Shown piece after piece: positions 27,502 to 36,795 of a stretch of DNA of 64,000 nucleotides. Every line of letters starts with the position of its first letter. Position 1 is the first letter of the stretch. The position numbers and the translations under genes are program-made. The notes under the pieces are model-generated. The model was not told the DNA's origin and searched no databases. It saw only the letters and a program-made list of their open reading frames with translations. Source of the stretch: an uncultured Candidatus Saccharibacteria bacterium (GTDB taxonomy: Bacteria > Patescibacteriota > Minisyncoccia > Minisyncoccales > UBA5738); NCBI GenBank assembly GCA_964603475.1, contig CAZRVG010000001.1:63988-127987 (forward strand), in the 5' to 3' direction.

Positions 27502-28629
27502 GTTATACAATGATTCCAGAAAGCGAAAGGCCGTGGGAGGGGCAAACCAAATATATTTTAAATTGGACAATGTGTCGGTGATATCAAAATCTTTTTTTGC
27601 TTCGGGATTGAATTTGGGCGGTTTGAGATCATTTTTTAAAAAGTTTATTGTCATTCCCATCTCGTCAAAAAACGACTCGCGGCTGGTCCACACGCATTCC
27701 ATTCCGCCAAAATAACAATCAATGGGAAAAAGGAAATAGCGGTCAAAAGCAATGCCCAAGCGATGAAAAATTTCGGTTGATTTTTTAAATTCTTTGCTTT
27801 TTTTGCCAAATCGCGCCATTGCCGCTTTATCCATTCGCACCATTTCCTCGTAGCCGGCAAGATTTGGATCAAATTTTTGAAAAATTCCCCAAATCGCGCG
27901 AAAAACCGGATCCATGCCAAAAAAATCATCTTTCCCTTTTCTTTGATGACTAAAAAGCCAGTCAAGGCAGGCATATAATTCAGCGGTCATTTTGACGAAT
28001 TTTTCCTCCCCCAAATTTATGCCGGAATTTAAAATCACCTGCGCCGGCGCGGCATGGAAAAACAAATTAAAATATCGGTCAAAATCACTGTTGAATTTTT
28101 TCACCACTCTGCCAAATTGCGCGCTGATATCCAAAAAATCAATGAACGCGGCAAACTCGCAATCAAAATTAGGCGCCACAGATTTTTTTTGCTTGCCCTC
28201 CCGCAGGTTTTTCAATCCCATTTCAAAAACGCCGCCGCCCGATTCTTGCAATTGCTTTCGGGAAAAATACAGCGGAAACACCACCCATTTTTCATTTTCG
28301 TCTTTTTGCAATTTCACCGAAAAAAAATCTCGCCCCAAGTCAAGGTCGGGATAAAGCGCCGCCAATTCCTGGCGCGAAGTGGCACCGTCAAAATGTTGAG
28401 AATCGCCCTCATTGAGCCACGCGGTTTGCAGCCATTTGCGAAAAATGCGGCTTAATATCCCGCTTTTATCCAAAAGCGCGATATCTTCATCGGTTAAAGA
28501 AACGCGATTGGGATCGTTTGCCAAATCGGGAGAAAATTTTTCCACTTCCATGAACAATAAAATGGCAAACATTTCACACATCTCATACTCATTTCGCTCC
28601 CAAAATTCCTCGCGCTTGATATAAGCCAT
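27496..28629 (-). CDS. Hypothetical protein (377 aa, no recognisable domain) bracketed by family 1 elements B and C
   Basis: long ORF with good coding character; no motif recognised. Confidence 0.5.
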   Translation of the reverse strand: MAYIKREEFWERNEYEMCEMFAILLFMEVEKFSPDLANDPNRVSLTDEDIALLDKSGILSRIFRKWLQTAWLNEGDSQHFDGATSRQELAALYPDLDLGRDFFSVKLQKDENEKWVVFPLYFSRKQLQESGGGVFEMGLKNLREGKQKKSVAPNFDCEFAAFIDFLDISAQFGRVVKKFNSDFDRYFNLFFHAAPAQVILNSGINLGEEKFVKMTAELYACLDWLFSHQRKGKDDFFGMDPVFRAIWGIFQKFDPNLAGYEEMVRMDKAAMARFGKKSKEFKKSTEIFHRLGIAFDRYFLFPIDCYFGGMECVWTSRESFFDEMGMTINFLKNDLKPPKFNPEAKKDFDITDTLSNLKYIWFAPPTAFRFLESLYND

Positions 28630-28648
28630 AATTTTGAAATTATCACCG

Positions 28649-28803
28649 ACATTCCAACATTCTGATTAGCCGCGCGTCGTGATTTGCCTTTGTGTTTTAT
28701 GCTTTAGCACGGCAAATCTCTGATGCGCGAATAATGTTGGAATGTTTGCTATTCCGATTCTTTAATTCATTTGCCAGAGAACAAAATTCAGATAGCCGGC
28801 AAA
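28649..28803. mobile_element. MITE-like element, family 1, copy C (with 55-bp extension, overlaps TspO 3' end)
   Basis: acattccaacattct...ataatgttggaatgtt, extension tgctattccgattctttaattcatttgccagagaacaaaattcagatagccggcaaa. Confidence 0.65.
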
Positions 28804-29307
28804 AGTTACCCACGCGATGTAGGGTAAAAGCAGATATGCCGCGGGTTTTGAAACGCGCCAAAAGCTTGCAACCGTCCATGCAATCGCCGCCCACAAAACC
28901 AGCAATTCAAAAAACGCCAACCCGGGAGATTTTAGCCCGAAGAATATCACCGACCAAAAAACGTTTAAAACCAGCTGGGCGGCAAAAATGGATATGGCGC
29001 CCCGCTTGCGCCAAGGGTCAAAAGAAATTTTTTGCAAAAGCCTCTCCCACGCCGTCCCGATTTTCCCTTGAACCGATTCTTCGGCTTCCTCTTCTTTTTC
29101 CCAAACCAAATACAGGGCAAACCCCATCAAAAGATATAGAATCGTCCACACCGTGCCGATAACCTCGCCCGAAGGCGTCCACGAGGGTTTGGCAAGCGCT
29201 TGATACCAACCGCCCACCGACGACGCCGTGGCCAATCCGCCAATCGCGCCCGCCGCCTGGCAAACCAAAATTGAAACAATCAATTTAAAAATATTTCTCT
29301 TTTTCAT
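28762..29307 (-). CDS. tspO: TspO/MBR family tryptophan-rich sensory protein
   Basis: five TM helices with conserved Trp-rich motifs (GGWYQ...KPSWTP...WTILY...FFGLKS..LLLPYIAW), plus an acidic loop insertion. Confidence 0.8.
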   Translation of the reverse strand: MKKRNIFKLIVSILVCQAAGAIGGLATASSVGGWYQALAKPSWTPSGEVIGTVWTILYLLMGFALYLVWEKEEEAEESVQGKIGTAWERLLQKISFDPWRKRGAISIFAAQLVLNVFWSVIFFGLKSPGLAFFELLVLWAAIAWTVASFWRVSKPAAYLLLPYIAWVTFAGYLNFVLWQMN

Positions 29308-29466
29308 AATTTGTTATTTTATTTCTTCTTACAGGTAGCTTGATTTTAATTCTTTTTAACTTTTTTATCAATTTCCTCGCGATTCCGACCCGCAACTATC
29401 CGCCATATTCCATATGGAATATATGAATAAAAAACAAGCTGGCAAAACCCAATCTTTTGAAATTTT

Positions 29467-29492
29467 GAATGTATATGCAAATGTATATACAT
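29467..29492. promoter_or_regulatory. ATGTATATACAT-type paired palindrome, copy 2
   Basis: gaatgtatatgcaaatgtatatacat. Confidence 0.5.
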
Positions 29493-29660
29493 CGCTCTGA
29501 TTTTCAACCGCCATCGAAAACCATTGCACCTTTCGCGCGAAACATCCCACCAAAGATGACAAAAATAATAAAAGGTGCTATACTCTTTTTGTTGATTGGA
29601 TAATTATATTTTTTCTATCAACTATTAACCATTTTTTCCGCGTCGCGAAAAAATCCGCCC

Positions 29661-29733
29661 CTGTAACTCAATGGTAGAGTAACTGCCTTTTAAGCAGCTA
29701 ACGAGGGTTCGATTCCCCCCAGGGGCACTGCTT
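29661..29733 (+). tRNA. tRNA-Lys (anticodon TTT)
   Basis: acceptor GCCCCTG/CAGGGGC, D stem ACTC/GAGT, anticodon loop CTTTTAA, T loop TTCGATT. Confidence 0.75.
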
Positions 29734-29869
29734 CGCCAAGGCTACGCAGTGCAGGCACTGATATAGGATTGGCTTTGTATATAAATAAAAAAACTCTAAA
29801 AATACTGATAGAAGCAGTGTCCTTCCGTAGCTTTAGCGCAGGAGGGCAAGCGTAGTAAGGCATAAATTT

Positions 29870-30109
29870 ATGTATTACGTTTACATTCTGCAAAGTCAAA
29901 AAGATAATAGTTATTATGTCGGCTCAACTAATGACTTAAAAAGAAGATTAAACGAGCATAACAATGGCGGAAAAAAATTTACTACAATAAAGCGACCATA
30001 CACGATTACATGGTATTGTGCCTTTGGAAGCAAAAAACGAGCTTTAGAATTTGAAAAATATCTAAAACAAGGATCGGGGCTCGCATTTGCGAGGAAAAGA
30101 TTGGTTTAA
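29870..30109 (+). CDS. GIY-YIG nuclease superfamily protein (UPF0213-like), adjacent to tRNA-Lys
   Basis: YYVYILQS...YYVGSTNDLKRRLNEHN GIY-YIG core. Confidence 0.75.
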   Translation: MYYVYILQSQKDNSYYVGSTNDLKRRLNEHNNGGKKFTTIKRPYTITWYCAFGSKKRALEFEKYLKQGSGLAFARKRLV

Positions 30110-30157
30110 ATTCAAAAACGGCTTAAAAAGCCGTTTTTGAATTTGAATTTGATTTTA

Positions 30158-31267
30158 TTACAATCCTTCTCCGCGTAATTGTTCCAAGAGCTCTTTTTGT
30201 TTTTTGGTGAGTTTTTTGGGGATGGCGATTTCGGTTTGGATATACATATTGCCGCGGCCAAAGCTGTTGAATCTGCGGATTCCTTTGCCGCTCACGCGGA
30301 AAATTTTGCCCGATTCGGTGCCGGAGGGCACTTTGAGCAGAATGTCTTTGCCGTCAATCGTGGGCACGTCAATCTCGCCGCCCAATGCCGCGAGCGAAAG
30401 CCCGATATCGCGCGCCACAAACAAGTCATCGCCTTTTCTTTCAAACACAGGATGAGCTTTTAGAAACACCCGCACGTACAAATCTCCGGTTTTGCCGCCT
30501 TTTTTGCCGGCTTCGCCTTTGCCTTCCAATTTGATTACCTGATTATTGTCAACTCCGGCGGGAATTTCCACCGCGATAGCTTCCTCGGTTTTAACGCGTC
30601 CTTCACCATGGCACACATTGCACGGCTTTTCCGGCCGGTATCCCTCGCCTTTGCATTCGGGGCACACCACGTACTGGGTAAACGACCCCAAAAAAGTTTT
30701 TTTAACTTGCTGAACTTGCCCCGTGCCGCGGCAAGAAAAACATTCTTTTATTTTCGTTTGCGGTTCGGCGCCCGATCCGTCACAGCGCGGGCAAACCGCC
30801 TGCTTTTGGATTTTGAACTCTTTTTTAATTCCCGTAAACGCCTCCTCCAAAGTAATTTCGGCATCCACGCGAATATCGCGCCCTTTTTTATGATCGCGCC
30901 GCCGCCGCGTTTGGCCGCCGCCAAAACCAAACATCTCTTGCATTATATCGCCCAAATCCTCAAACTGCACGTCAAATTCCGCGCCGGGCCGGCCCCAGAA
31001 CCAGCCGTCCTGCCCCGCTTGAGCGCCGCCAAAACCGCCAAACCCTCCGGCGCCGGAATTGTTAAACGCGTTGCCGAATTGATCATATTGGCTTCGCTTT
31101 TGCTTATCCGAAAGGATTTGGTAGGCCTCGTTGACCTCCTTGAATTTTTCCGCGTCGCCCCCCTTGTCGGGATGGTATTTGTGCGCCATGGCGCGATAGG
31201 CTTTTTTTATCTCATCGGCGCTCGCGGACTTCTGCACTCCCAAAATTTTGTAATAATCCTTACTCAT
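30158..31267 (-). CDS. dnaJ: Chaperone DnaJ
   Basis: J-domain HPD, G/F region, four CxxCxGxG zinc-finger repeats, C-terminal domains. Confidence 0.9.
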   Translation of the reverse strand: MSKDYYKILGVQKSASADEIKKAYRAMAHKYHPDKGGDAEKFKEVNEAYQILSDKQKRSQYDQFGNAFNNSGAGGFGGFGGAQAGQDGWFWGRPGAEFDVQFEDLGDIMQEMFGFGGGQTRRRRDHKKGRDIRVDAEITLEEAFTGIKKEFKIQKQAVCPRCDGSGAEPQTKIKECFSCRGTGQVQQVKKTFLGSFTQYVVCPECKGEGYRPEKPCNVCHGEGRVKTEEAIAVEIPAGVDNNQVIKLEGKGEAGKKGGKTGDLYVRVFLKAHPVFERKGDDLFVARDIGLSLAALGGEIDVPTIDGKDILLKVPSGTESGKIFRVSGKGIRRFNSFGRGNMYIQTEIAIPKKLTKKQKELLEQLRGEGL

Positions 31268-31390
31268 ACACTCAGTTTCCAGTTTTCAGTTTTCAGTTTT
31301 CAATAAATTTTCATTGGTCATTGAATCATTGAACATTCAATGAAAATTGATAATTGAAAAATGAAAATTTTGAAACCAAAAATTCAAACT
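31268..31390. promoter_or_regulatory. Intergenic palindrome plus heptamer-repeat element (family 2) upstream of dnaJ
   Basis: cagttttcagttttcagttttcaataaattttcattg...cattcaatgaaaattgataattgaaaa. Confidence 0.6.
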
Positions 31391-31433
31391 TGTGTCCAAT
31401 AATAACCAAACCAAACTCCTTTAATAAATTATA

Positions 31434-33356
31434 TTAGTGTTTTTCTTTGTATTCTCCTTCCGCGGCGCTTTCGTCTTTCTTATCGGCATCTTGCGGCTTT
31501 TCTTGCGCTTCGCCGGCAGAACCGCCGGATTGCCCATCGCCTTGGGAAGACTGCTGTTTATACACTTGTTCCCCTATTTTTGACAGAGTTTGCGATAAAT
31601 CGTCGTTCTTTGCTTTTAACTCTTCCATATTATCCCCATCTTTAACTTTTTTCAAGGCTTCGATCTTTTCCTCAACTTCTTTTTTGATCTCGGCAGCAAC
31701 TTTGTCGCCCGCGTCGCGCAATGACTTTTGCGCGGTATAAATCAAATTATCGGCGGTATTCCGTGTGTTGATCAATTCCTGCTTTTTGCGATCGCTTTCC
31801 GCGTTAGCTTTTGCTTCCTGCTTCATTCGTTCGGCTTCTTCTTTGGAAATTCCCGCCGAACCCTCAATGCGAATGGTTTGAGTTTTGTTGGTGGCTTTGT
31901 CTTTGGCGGTCACGCTCAAAATTCCGTTGGCATCAATGTCAAAAGAAACTTCAACTTGCGGCACCCCCCGCGGCGCCGGCATTATTCCGTCCAAAATAAA
32001 TTTTCCCAAAGACTTGTTATCCGCGCTCATCGGCCGCTCGCCTTGCAAAACATGGATCTCCACCGAAGTTTGATTATCCGCGGCCGTGGAGAAAACTTGC
32101 GATTTTGCCGTGGGCACCGTGGTGTTTTTGGGAATTAAAACGGTATTCACATTGCCCATGGTTTCAATGCCCAAAGAAAGCGGGGTCACATCCAAAAGCA
32201 AAACGTCTTTTACCTCTCCCTGTAATATGCCGGCTTCCACCGCCGCGCCGATCGCCACCACCTCATCGGGATTGATTGATTGGTTGGCCTCTTTGCCGAA
32301 GAATTTTTTCACTTCCTCCTGAATAATCGGCATACGGGTTTGCCCGCCCACCAAAACGATTTCCTCAATGTCTTTTGCCGACAATTTGGCATCGTCAAGA
32401 GTTTGGCGCACCAAATTGATGGAGCGCTCAATCAAATCGCGCACCAAATCTTCCAGCTTGGCGCGGCTTAATTTGTAATATAAATGCTTGGGGCCCGAAG
32501 CGTCGCTGGTGATAAACGGCAGGTTAACTTCGGTTTCCATCGCCGTGGAAAGCTCGATTTTTGCCTTTTCGGCGCCTTCCTTCAATCTTTGCAAGGCCAG
32601 CTCGTCTTTTGACAAATCAACCCCGTTTTCCTTTTTATATTCGTCAACCAGCCAATCCATAATTCTTTGATCCACATCATCGCCGCCCAAATGATTATCG
32701 CCGCCGGTGCCTTTAACTTCCACAGTGTCTTCGGATATATCTAAAATTGAAACATCAAAAGTTCCGCCGCCGAAATCATAGACCAGCACTTGTTCGTTCT
32801 TTTTTTTCGTTAAGCCATATGCCAGCGCCGCGGCCGTGGGCTCGTTGATAATGCGCTTCACTTCAAAGCCCGCGATCTCGCCCGCCAGCTTGGTGGCTTT
32901 TCTTTGCGAGTCATCAAAATAGGCCGGCACGGTGATAATCGCGCCGTCCACCGCCTCGCCCAATTTCGCTTCGGCATCCTGTTTTATTTTTTGCAAAACC
33001 ATTGCCGAAATTTCCGCGGGCGCCAGCCATTTGTCGCCCATTTTAACTTCCACGCCGCCGTCTTGCGCCCGTTCGCGAATTTCATAGGGCAAAAGTTTCA
33101 AATCTTTTTGCACTTCCTGATCGGTGAATCTCCGCCCGATCAAGCGCTTCACCGAAAACAAGGTGTTTTTGGGATTGGTGATCTGCTGGCGCTTTGCCAT
33201 TACCCCCACCAGCCTTTCGCCGATTTTGGTCAATGCCACCACCGAAGGCGTCAAGCGCGATCCTTCTTTGTTTTCCAAAATTTTGGGTTCACCGTTAACA
33301 ATCGCGGCGGTTTCCGACATTGTTGTCCCCAAATCAATACCAATTGTTCTTGCCAT
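31434..33356 (-). CDS. dnaK: Chaperone DnaK (Hsp70)
   Basis: [16 protein letters not shown], full Hsp70 ATPase and substrate-binding domains; start set at [12 protein letters not shown] (ORF open to 33401). Confidence 0.9.
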   Translation of the reverse strand: MARTIGIDLGTTMSETAAIVNGEPKILENKEGSRLTPSVVALTKIGERLVGVMAKRQQITNPKNTLFSVKRLIGRRFTDQEVQKDLKLLPYEIRERAQDGGVEVKMGDKWLAPAEISAMVLQKIKQDAEAKLGEAVDGAIITVPAYFDDSQRKATKLAGEIAGFEVKRIINEPTAAALAYGLTKKKNEQVLVYDFGGGTFDVSILDISEDTVEVKGTGGDNHLGGDDVDQRIMDWLVDEYKKENGVDLSKDELALQRLKEGAEKAKIELSTAMETEVNLPFITSDASGPKHLYYKLSRAKLEDLVRDLIERSINLVRQTLDDAKLSAKDIEEIVLVGGQTRMPIIQEEVKKFFGKEANQSINPDEVVAIGAAVEAGILQGEVKDVLLLDVTPLSLGIETMGNVNTVLIPKNTTVPTAKSQVFSTAADNQTSVEIHVLQGERPMSADNKSLGKFILDGIMPAPRGVPQVEVSFDIDANGILSVTAKDKATNKTQTIRIEGSAGISKEEAERMKQEAKANAESDRKKQELINTRNTADNLIYTAQKSLRDAGDKVAAEIKKEVEEKIEALKKVKDGDNMEELKAKNDDLSQTLSKIGEQVYKQQSSQGDGQSGGSAGEAQEKPQDADKKDESAAEGEYKEKH

Positions 33357-33419
33357 AATTTTATATGATTTATTATATTTATACTTTTTTATTTTTTGCA
33401 AATCTTTTAATTACTGGAA

Positions 33420-33560
33420 GCTTTTAGTCCATTGAAATTTTCAGTTTTCATTGAATTTTCAATATAACAATTACCAAACATAATTCAGCATTTATGTTTA
33501 GATAATTGGCAGAATAATCATTCATTGAAAACTGGAAACTGATAATTGAAAACTGTTTCC
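33420..33560. promoter_or_regulatory. Family 2 intergenic element upstream of dnaK
   Basis: attgaaattttcagttttcattgaattttcaat...core...attcattgaaaactggaaactgataattgaaaactg. Confidence 0.6.
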
Positions 33561-33670
33561 CAAGGTTTGGCGGGGCATTCGCCCCGCCGTTTTTCCAAAA
33601 CAGGTTTTAATATCGTTCCCCATTCTTTCAAAAGAACAGAGAATCTTAAATCTTAAATCTTAAATCTTTT

Positions 33671-34114
33671 CTACTTCCCCTTAATTTCAATCTTTTTCGT
33701 TTTCTCTTCCTCAATTCTGGGCTCAATCTTGGGCACGGTGATTTTTAACATTCCATCCTTGAATTCGGCTTGCGCTTTGTCGGCATCCACTTTCACCGGC
33801 AATGCCACCGAACGTTTCACATAACCATGCCTGATCTCCTTTCGCCAATAGCCTTTCTTTTTGTCTTCTTCCTCTTCTTTTTTTTCCGAACTGCCCTCAA
33901 TCGTCAAAACATTATCCTTGATTTGCGCCGTGATTTCTTCGGGGGCAAAACCCGGCAATTCGGCTTCGGCGCAAACCTTGCCTTCTTTTTCATAAACATC
34001 AACTTTGGGAGCGCCGGGCATCTTCATCAGTTTGAACGACGGCAAATCAAACAAATCATCATCCTCAAACCAACGATCGATATCCCATCCGCCCCCGTAA
34101 GGTATCAATGCCAT
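33671..34114 (-). CDS. Hsp20/alpha-crystallin small heat-shock protein
   Basis: alpha-crystallin domain with GVL-like (GMLKITVP) and IxI-like C-terminal motif. Confidence 0.85.
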   Translation of the reverse strand: MALIPYGGGWDIDRWFEDDDLFDLPSFKLMKMPGAPKVDVYEKEGKVCAEAELPGFAPEEITAQIKDNVLTIEGSSEKKEEEEDKKKGYWRKEIRHGYVKRSVALPVKVDADKAQAEFKDGMLKITVPKIEPRIEEEKTKKIEIKGK

Positions 34115-34306
34115 AATTTTCGCGCTTTTGTTTCGTCCGCAATTTTTAATTTAACATAACCTGTTTTGGATTGCCCGCGAACTTGGCAAAAGCGTTGTTA
34201 AAAAAATTTTAAAATTTCTAATTACTAATTCCTAAATAAATGACTAATTTTAGAATTTTAGAATTTTAAAATTTATTTAGAAATTCAGAAATTAGAAATT
34301 TGTCAT

Positions 34307-34621
34307 TTATTTTATAAATCCTATTTTCCCTTCCGGCGACTCGCCTTCTTTTATCGCGCCGAATTTCTCCTCGTATTTTTTCACGTTCTCGGCCAACGCC
34401 TGCGCGATGCGCTTGGCATGGGCGGGGCTCACCAGCACCCGAGACGCCAGCATCCCCTGCGGCGGCGCGTTGAAAAAGAAATCAAAAATGAACTCCTCTT
34501 TGGTGTGCAATATCTGCATCAAATTGGAATACGCCCCCTTTAACTCCTCATCGCGAACTTTTATCTGCAACTGCTGCTGTTGCCTCTGCCCCTGTTGTTG
34601 ATTTGGTTGATTTTGATTCAT
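34307..34621 (-). CDS. DUF3467-like small protein with Gln-rich N-terminus
   Basis: YSNLMQILHTKEEFIFDFFF core resembles DUF3467 YSN..HS.EF.LDF. Confidence 0.4.
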   Translation of the reverse strand: MNQNQPNQQQGQRQQQQLQIKVRDEELKGAYSNLMQILHTKEEFIFDFFFNAPPQGMLASRVLVSPAHAKRIAQALAENVKKYEEKFGAIKEGESPEGKIGFIK

Positions 34622-34645
34622 TGTATTGACAAATTATTTATTTTA

Positions 34646-34783
34646 TGATATGGTAGCGAAAGGAGGTAAGAAAATAGTTGAACTGTCTATTCTGGGATTG
34701 ATATTGACTGTAGTTGGCATGGGATTATTTATTGTAGCCGAACTTCGGAAAATAAGCCGAAGTCTAGATATTATCGCTAAAAA
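34646..34783 (+). CDS. Possible 45-aa single-TM small protein (MVAKGGKKIVELSILGLILTVVGMGLFIVAELRKISRSLDIIAKK), speculative
   Basis: short ORF below the ORF-track cut-off, hydrophobic core, followed by cccgccgcgc-ttg-cgcggg T-run terminator; only plus-strand ORF in a minus-strand block. Confidence 0.25.
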
Positions 34784-34839
34784 ATAATCCCTTTGCTTTC
34801 TTTTTATTTCCCGCCGCGCTTGCGCGGTTTTTTAATACC

Positions 34840-34980
34840 TCATTAGTTTTCAGTTTCCAGTTTTCAGTTTCCAATGAATGGCCATTTTGCCAATTATCAA
34901 ACAAATTACCAAACTTCTGTTTGAAAAATGAAACATTGAAAACTCAATGAAAACTGATAATTGAAAACTGAAAACTTTGT
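34840..34980. promoter_or_regulatory. Family 2 intergenic element between grpE and the DUF3467 gene
   Basis: cagtttccagttttcagtttccaatgaatggcc...cattgaaaactcaatgaaaactgataattgaaaactgaaaact. Confidence 0.6.
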
Positions 34981-35460
34981 TTATTTGGCAACTTTGACCT
35001 TCGCGGGACGCAACAAGCATCCGTCCATCATATATCCTTTTTGCGCTTCCTCAATAATCGTTCCCGATTCTTGGTCTTCGCAATCCACTGCTTGCACCAC
35101 TTCGTGACATTCGGGATTGAAATTTTTTCCCACCGATTCAATTGCCTTGACGCCATTGGTTCTCAAAAAATCTTCCAATTGCTTTTTAATCATCAAAAGT
35201 CCCTTGACGTGTTCGTTGTTTTGCAAATCCTCGGGCAGATTTTTTTGCGCCAGCTCCAGATTATCAATCATCGGCAAAAGACTGAAAATAAATCCCTGCC
35301 GGCCGTATTTGGCGAATTCCTCCATTCTTTGACTTTCTTCTTTTTTGTAGTTGATCAAATCCGCCTTGGCGCGCTTCCAACCATCCAAATACTCTTGCGC
35401 TTGCCTTTTGGCATCTTCCAATTCCGTTAATTTTTTATCTTTTTGCTGTTTTTCCATCAT
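34981..35460 (-). CDS. grpE: Nucleotide exchange factor GrpE
   Basis: coiled-coil N-terminus, conserved GrpE core (LLPMIDNLE...GTIIEEAQKGYMM). Confidence 0.85.
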   Translation of the reverse strand: MMEKQQKDKKLTELEDAKRQAQEYLDGWKRAKADLINYKKEESQRMEEFAKYGRQGFIFSLLPMIDNLELAQKNLPEDLQNNEHVKGLLMIKKQLEDFLRTNGVKAIESVGKNFNPECHEVVQAVDCEDQESGTIIEEAQKGYMMDGCLLRPAKVKVAK

Positions 35461-35600
35461 TTAATTTTTCAGTTTTCAATTTTCAATTTTCATTGAATTT
35501 TCAATGAATCAATTTTCAAACAAAATTCAGCATTTCTGTTTGGCTAATTGGCAAAATGATCATTCATTGAAAACTGAAAACTGGTAATTGAAAATTGTTT
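35461..35600. promoter_or_regulatory. Family 2 intergenic element upstream of grpE (same core as the hrcA copy, opposite orientation)
   Basis: core ttcaaacaaaattcagcatttctgtttggctaattggcaaaatgatcattc flanked by cagttttcaattttcaattttcattgaa / ttcattgaaaactgaaaactg. Confidence 0.65.
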
Positions 35601-36319
35601 TATATATTTTCAAACATTTTCAACGCTTCGTTGATCAATTCGATGTTTTTATCATAGGCCATTCTTTTGGGACCCACGATGGAAAACACGGTTTCATTTT
35701 CGCGGTCGGGACGGCAAATAAAGGTTATCGCGGCAAATTCATCGGCTTTGTCAAAACAATTCTCTTTTCCGATGTAAATATCCATTCCTTCATTCATCGG
35801 CTTGCGAGTTTTAACGCTGTCTTCCAAATAACCCAGATAGCCGATGAAATTTTCCACCAAATCCCTTTCGCCAAATTCGGGCTTTTGCAATAAGTCCTCC
35901 CAACCGTCTTTTATCATCAAATCCTGCCGGCACAAATATCCCAGCACCAGCGACGATGACGCCGCCGCCAAGCTGTGCGCCAAACTGTTGGCAATTTTGA
36001 AAATATCCTCAAAATCATCTTCAAGCCCCTCAAAGCCAAAATCAAGTTTTCCCGACGGGTTCCGCTGGCTTTTATCTTTCAAAACCTCGTCCACAAACAG
36101 GCGGTAGCCTCTATCGGTGGGAATTCGCCCCGCGGAAGTGTGCGGCTGGGTCAAAAAACCGTCATCGGTGAGCTTTTGCATTTCAATGCGAATGCTTGCC
36201 GGACAGATGCCAAAATCATACCTTTCCCCCAGATATTGCGAAGACACCGGCCGCGCCGATTCCACATATTCCCTGATTATCGTGTCCAATATTGTCCTCT
36301 GCCGCTCGGAAATCTCCAT
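35600..36319 (-). CDS. hrcA: Heat-inducible transcription repressor HrcA (short form)
   Basis: N-terminal winged helix ERQRTILDTIIREYVESARPVSSQ...SPATIRNEM-like ICPASIRIEMQKL. Confidence 0.8.
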   Translation of the reverse strand: MEISERQRTILDTIIREYVESARPVSSQYLGERYDFGICPASIRIEMQKLTDDGFLTQPHTSAGRIPTDRGYRLFVDEVLKDKSQRNPSGKLDFGFEGLEDDFEDIFKIANSLAHSLAAASSSLVLGYLCRQDLMIKDGWEDLLQKPEFGERDLVENFIGYLGYLEDSVKTRKPMNEGMDIYIGKENCFDKADEFAAITFICRPDRENETVFSIVGPKRMAYDKNIELINEALKMFENI

Positions 36320-36470
36320 AAATCACTAATTTTCAATTACCAGTTTTCAGTTTTCAATGAATGATCATTTTGTCAATTAGCCAAACAGAAATGCTGAATT
36401 TTGTTTGAAAATTGATTCATTGAAAATTCAATGAAAATTGGCAATTGAAAACTGAAAACTGTTGGTGTTC
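36320..36470. promoter_or_regulatory. Family 2 intergenic element upstream of hrcA
   Basis: reverse complement of the 35461-35600 copy core. Confidence 0.65.
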
Positions 36471-36477
36471 TCATTCT

Positions 36478-36795
36478 ATCACTCTCAAATTATCAGTCAA
36501 CCCTCGCGAGTGATAATCCGGCAGTAGAGACGCGGCGCGCTAAAGCGCAAAAACACAGAGCCGCGCCACACTGCCGGACAAGTCCCCATGGTGCGAAATG
36601 CCTTTTGTTGAAGTCAATTTTCAACGAGCGCGTTGAAAATTGACTTCAACAAAGTGGTCAACGAAAAAGCTGCGACCTCGCCAAACTTGCATTTTGATTC
36701 TATCTTTGTATTCCCGGGGCTTACCCTCGCAGCTTATCCCGAGGTAATCCGAGGGATACTCGCGAGCGGTTAGACCCCTTCAACAGCATTTTTTC
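36478..36795 (+). ncRNA. rnpB: Structured non-coding RNA candidate, possibly a reduced bacterial RNase P RNA
   Basis: long-range pairing cctcgcgagtgat (5') with atactcgcgagcgg (3') as a P1-like helix; GGAcAAGUCC..CCAUGG resembling the GGAAAGUCCGGGCUCCAUAGG region; 3' CCCGGGGCUUACC resembling CCCGGCUUAUCG; 20-bp hairpin gttgaagtcaattttcaacg/cgttgaaaattgacttcaac; no ORF. Confidence 0.35.

Noticed and set aside
24998-28803. Integron attC sites and a cassette array
   Set aside because: The element ends do not match the attC inverse core RYYYAAC or core GTTRRRY: the right end reads GTTGGAA and GTTTGCT. No intI-like integrase or Pc region is present in the window. The layout is cassette-like, but classical integron identity is not supported.
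31268-36470. CIRCE operator for HrcA
   Set aside because: I looked for TTAGCACTC and GAGTGCTAA half-sites around dnaJ, dnaK, grpE, hrcA and hsp20 and found none. This was a by-eye search and not exhaustive.
36478-36795. tmRNA (ssrA)
   Set aside because: There is no tRNA-like 3' end with a GGTTCGA T-arm or CCA, and no tag-peptide reading frame ending in AA-stop. The long-range pairing fits an RNase P-like P1 helix better.
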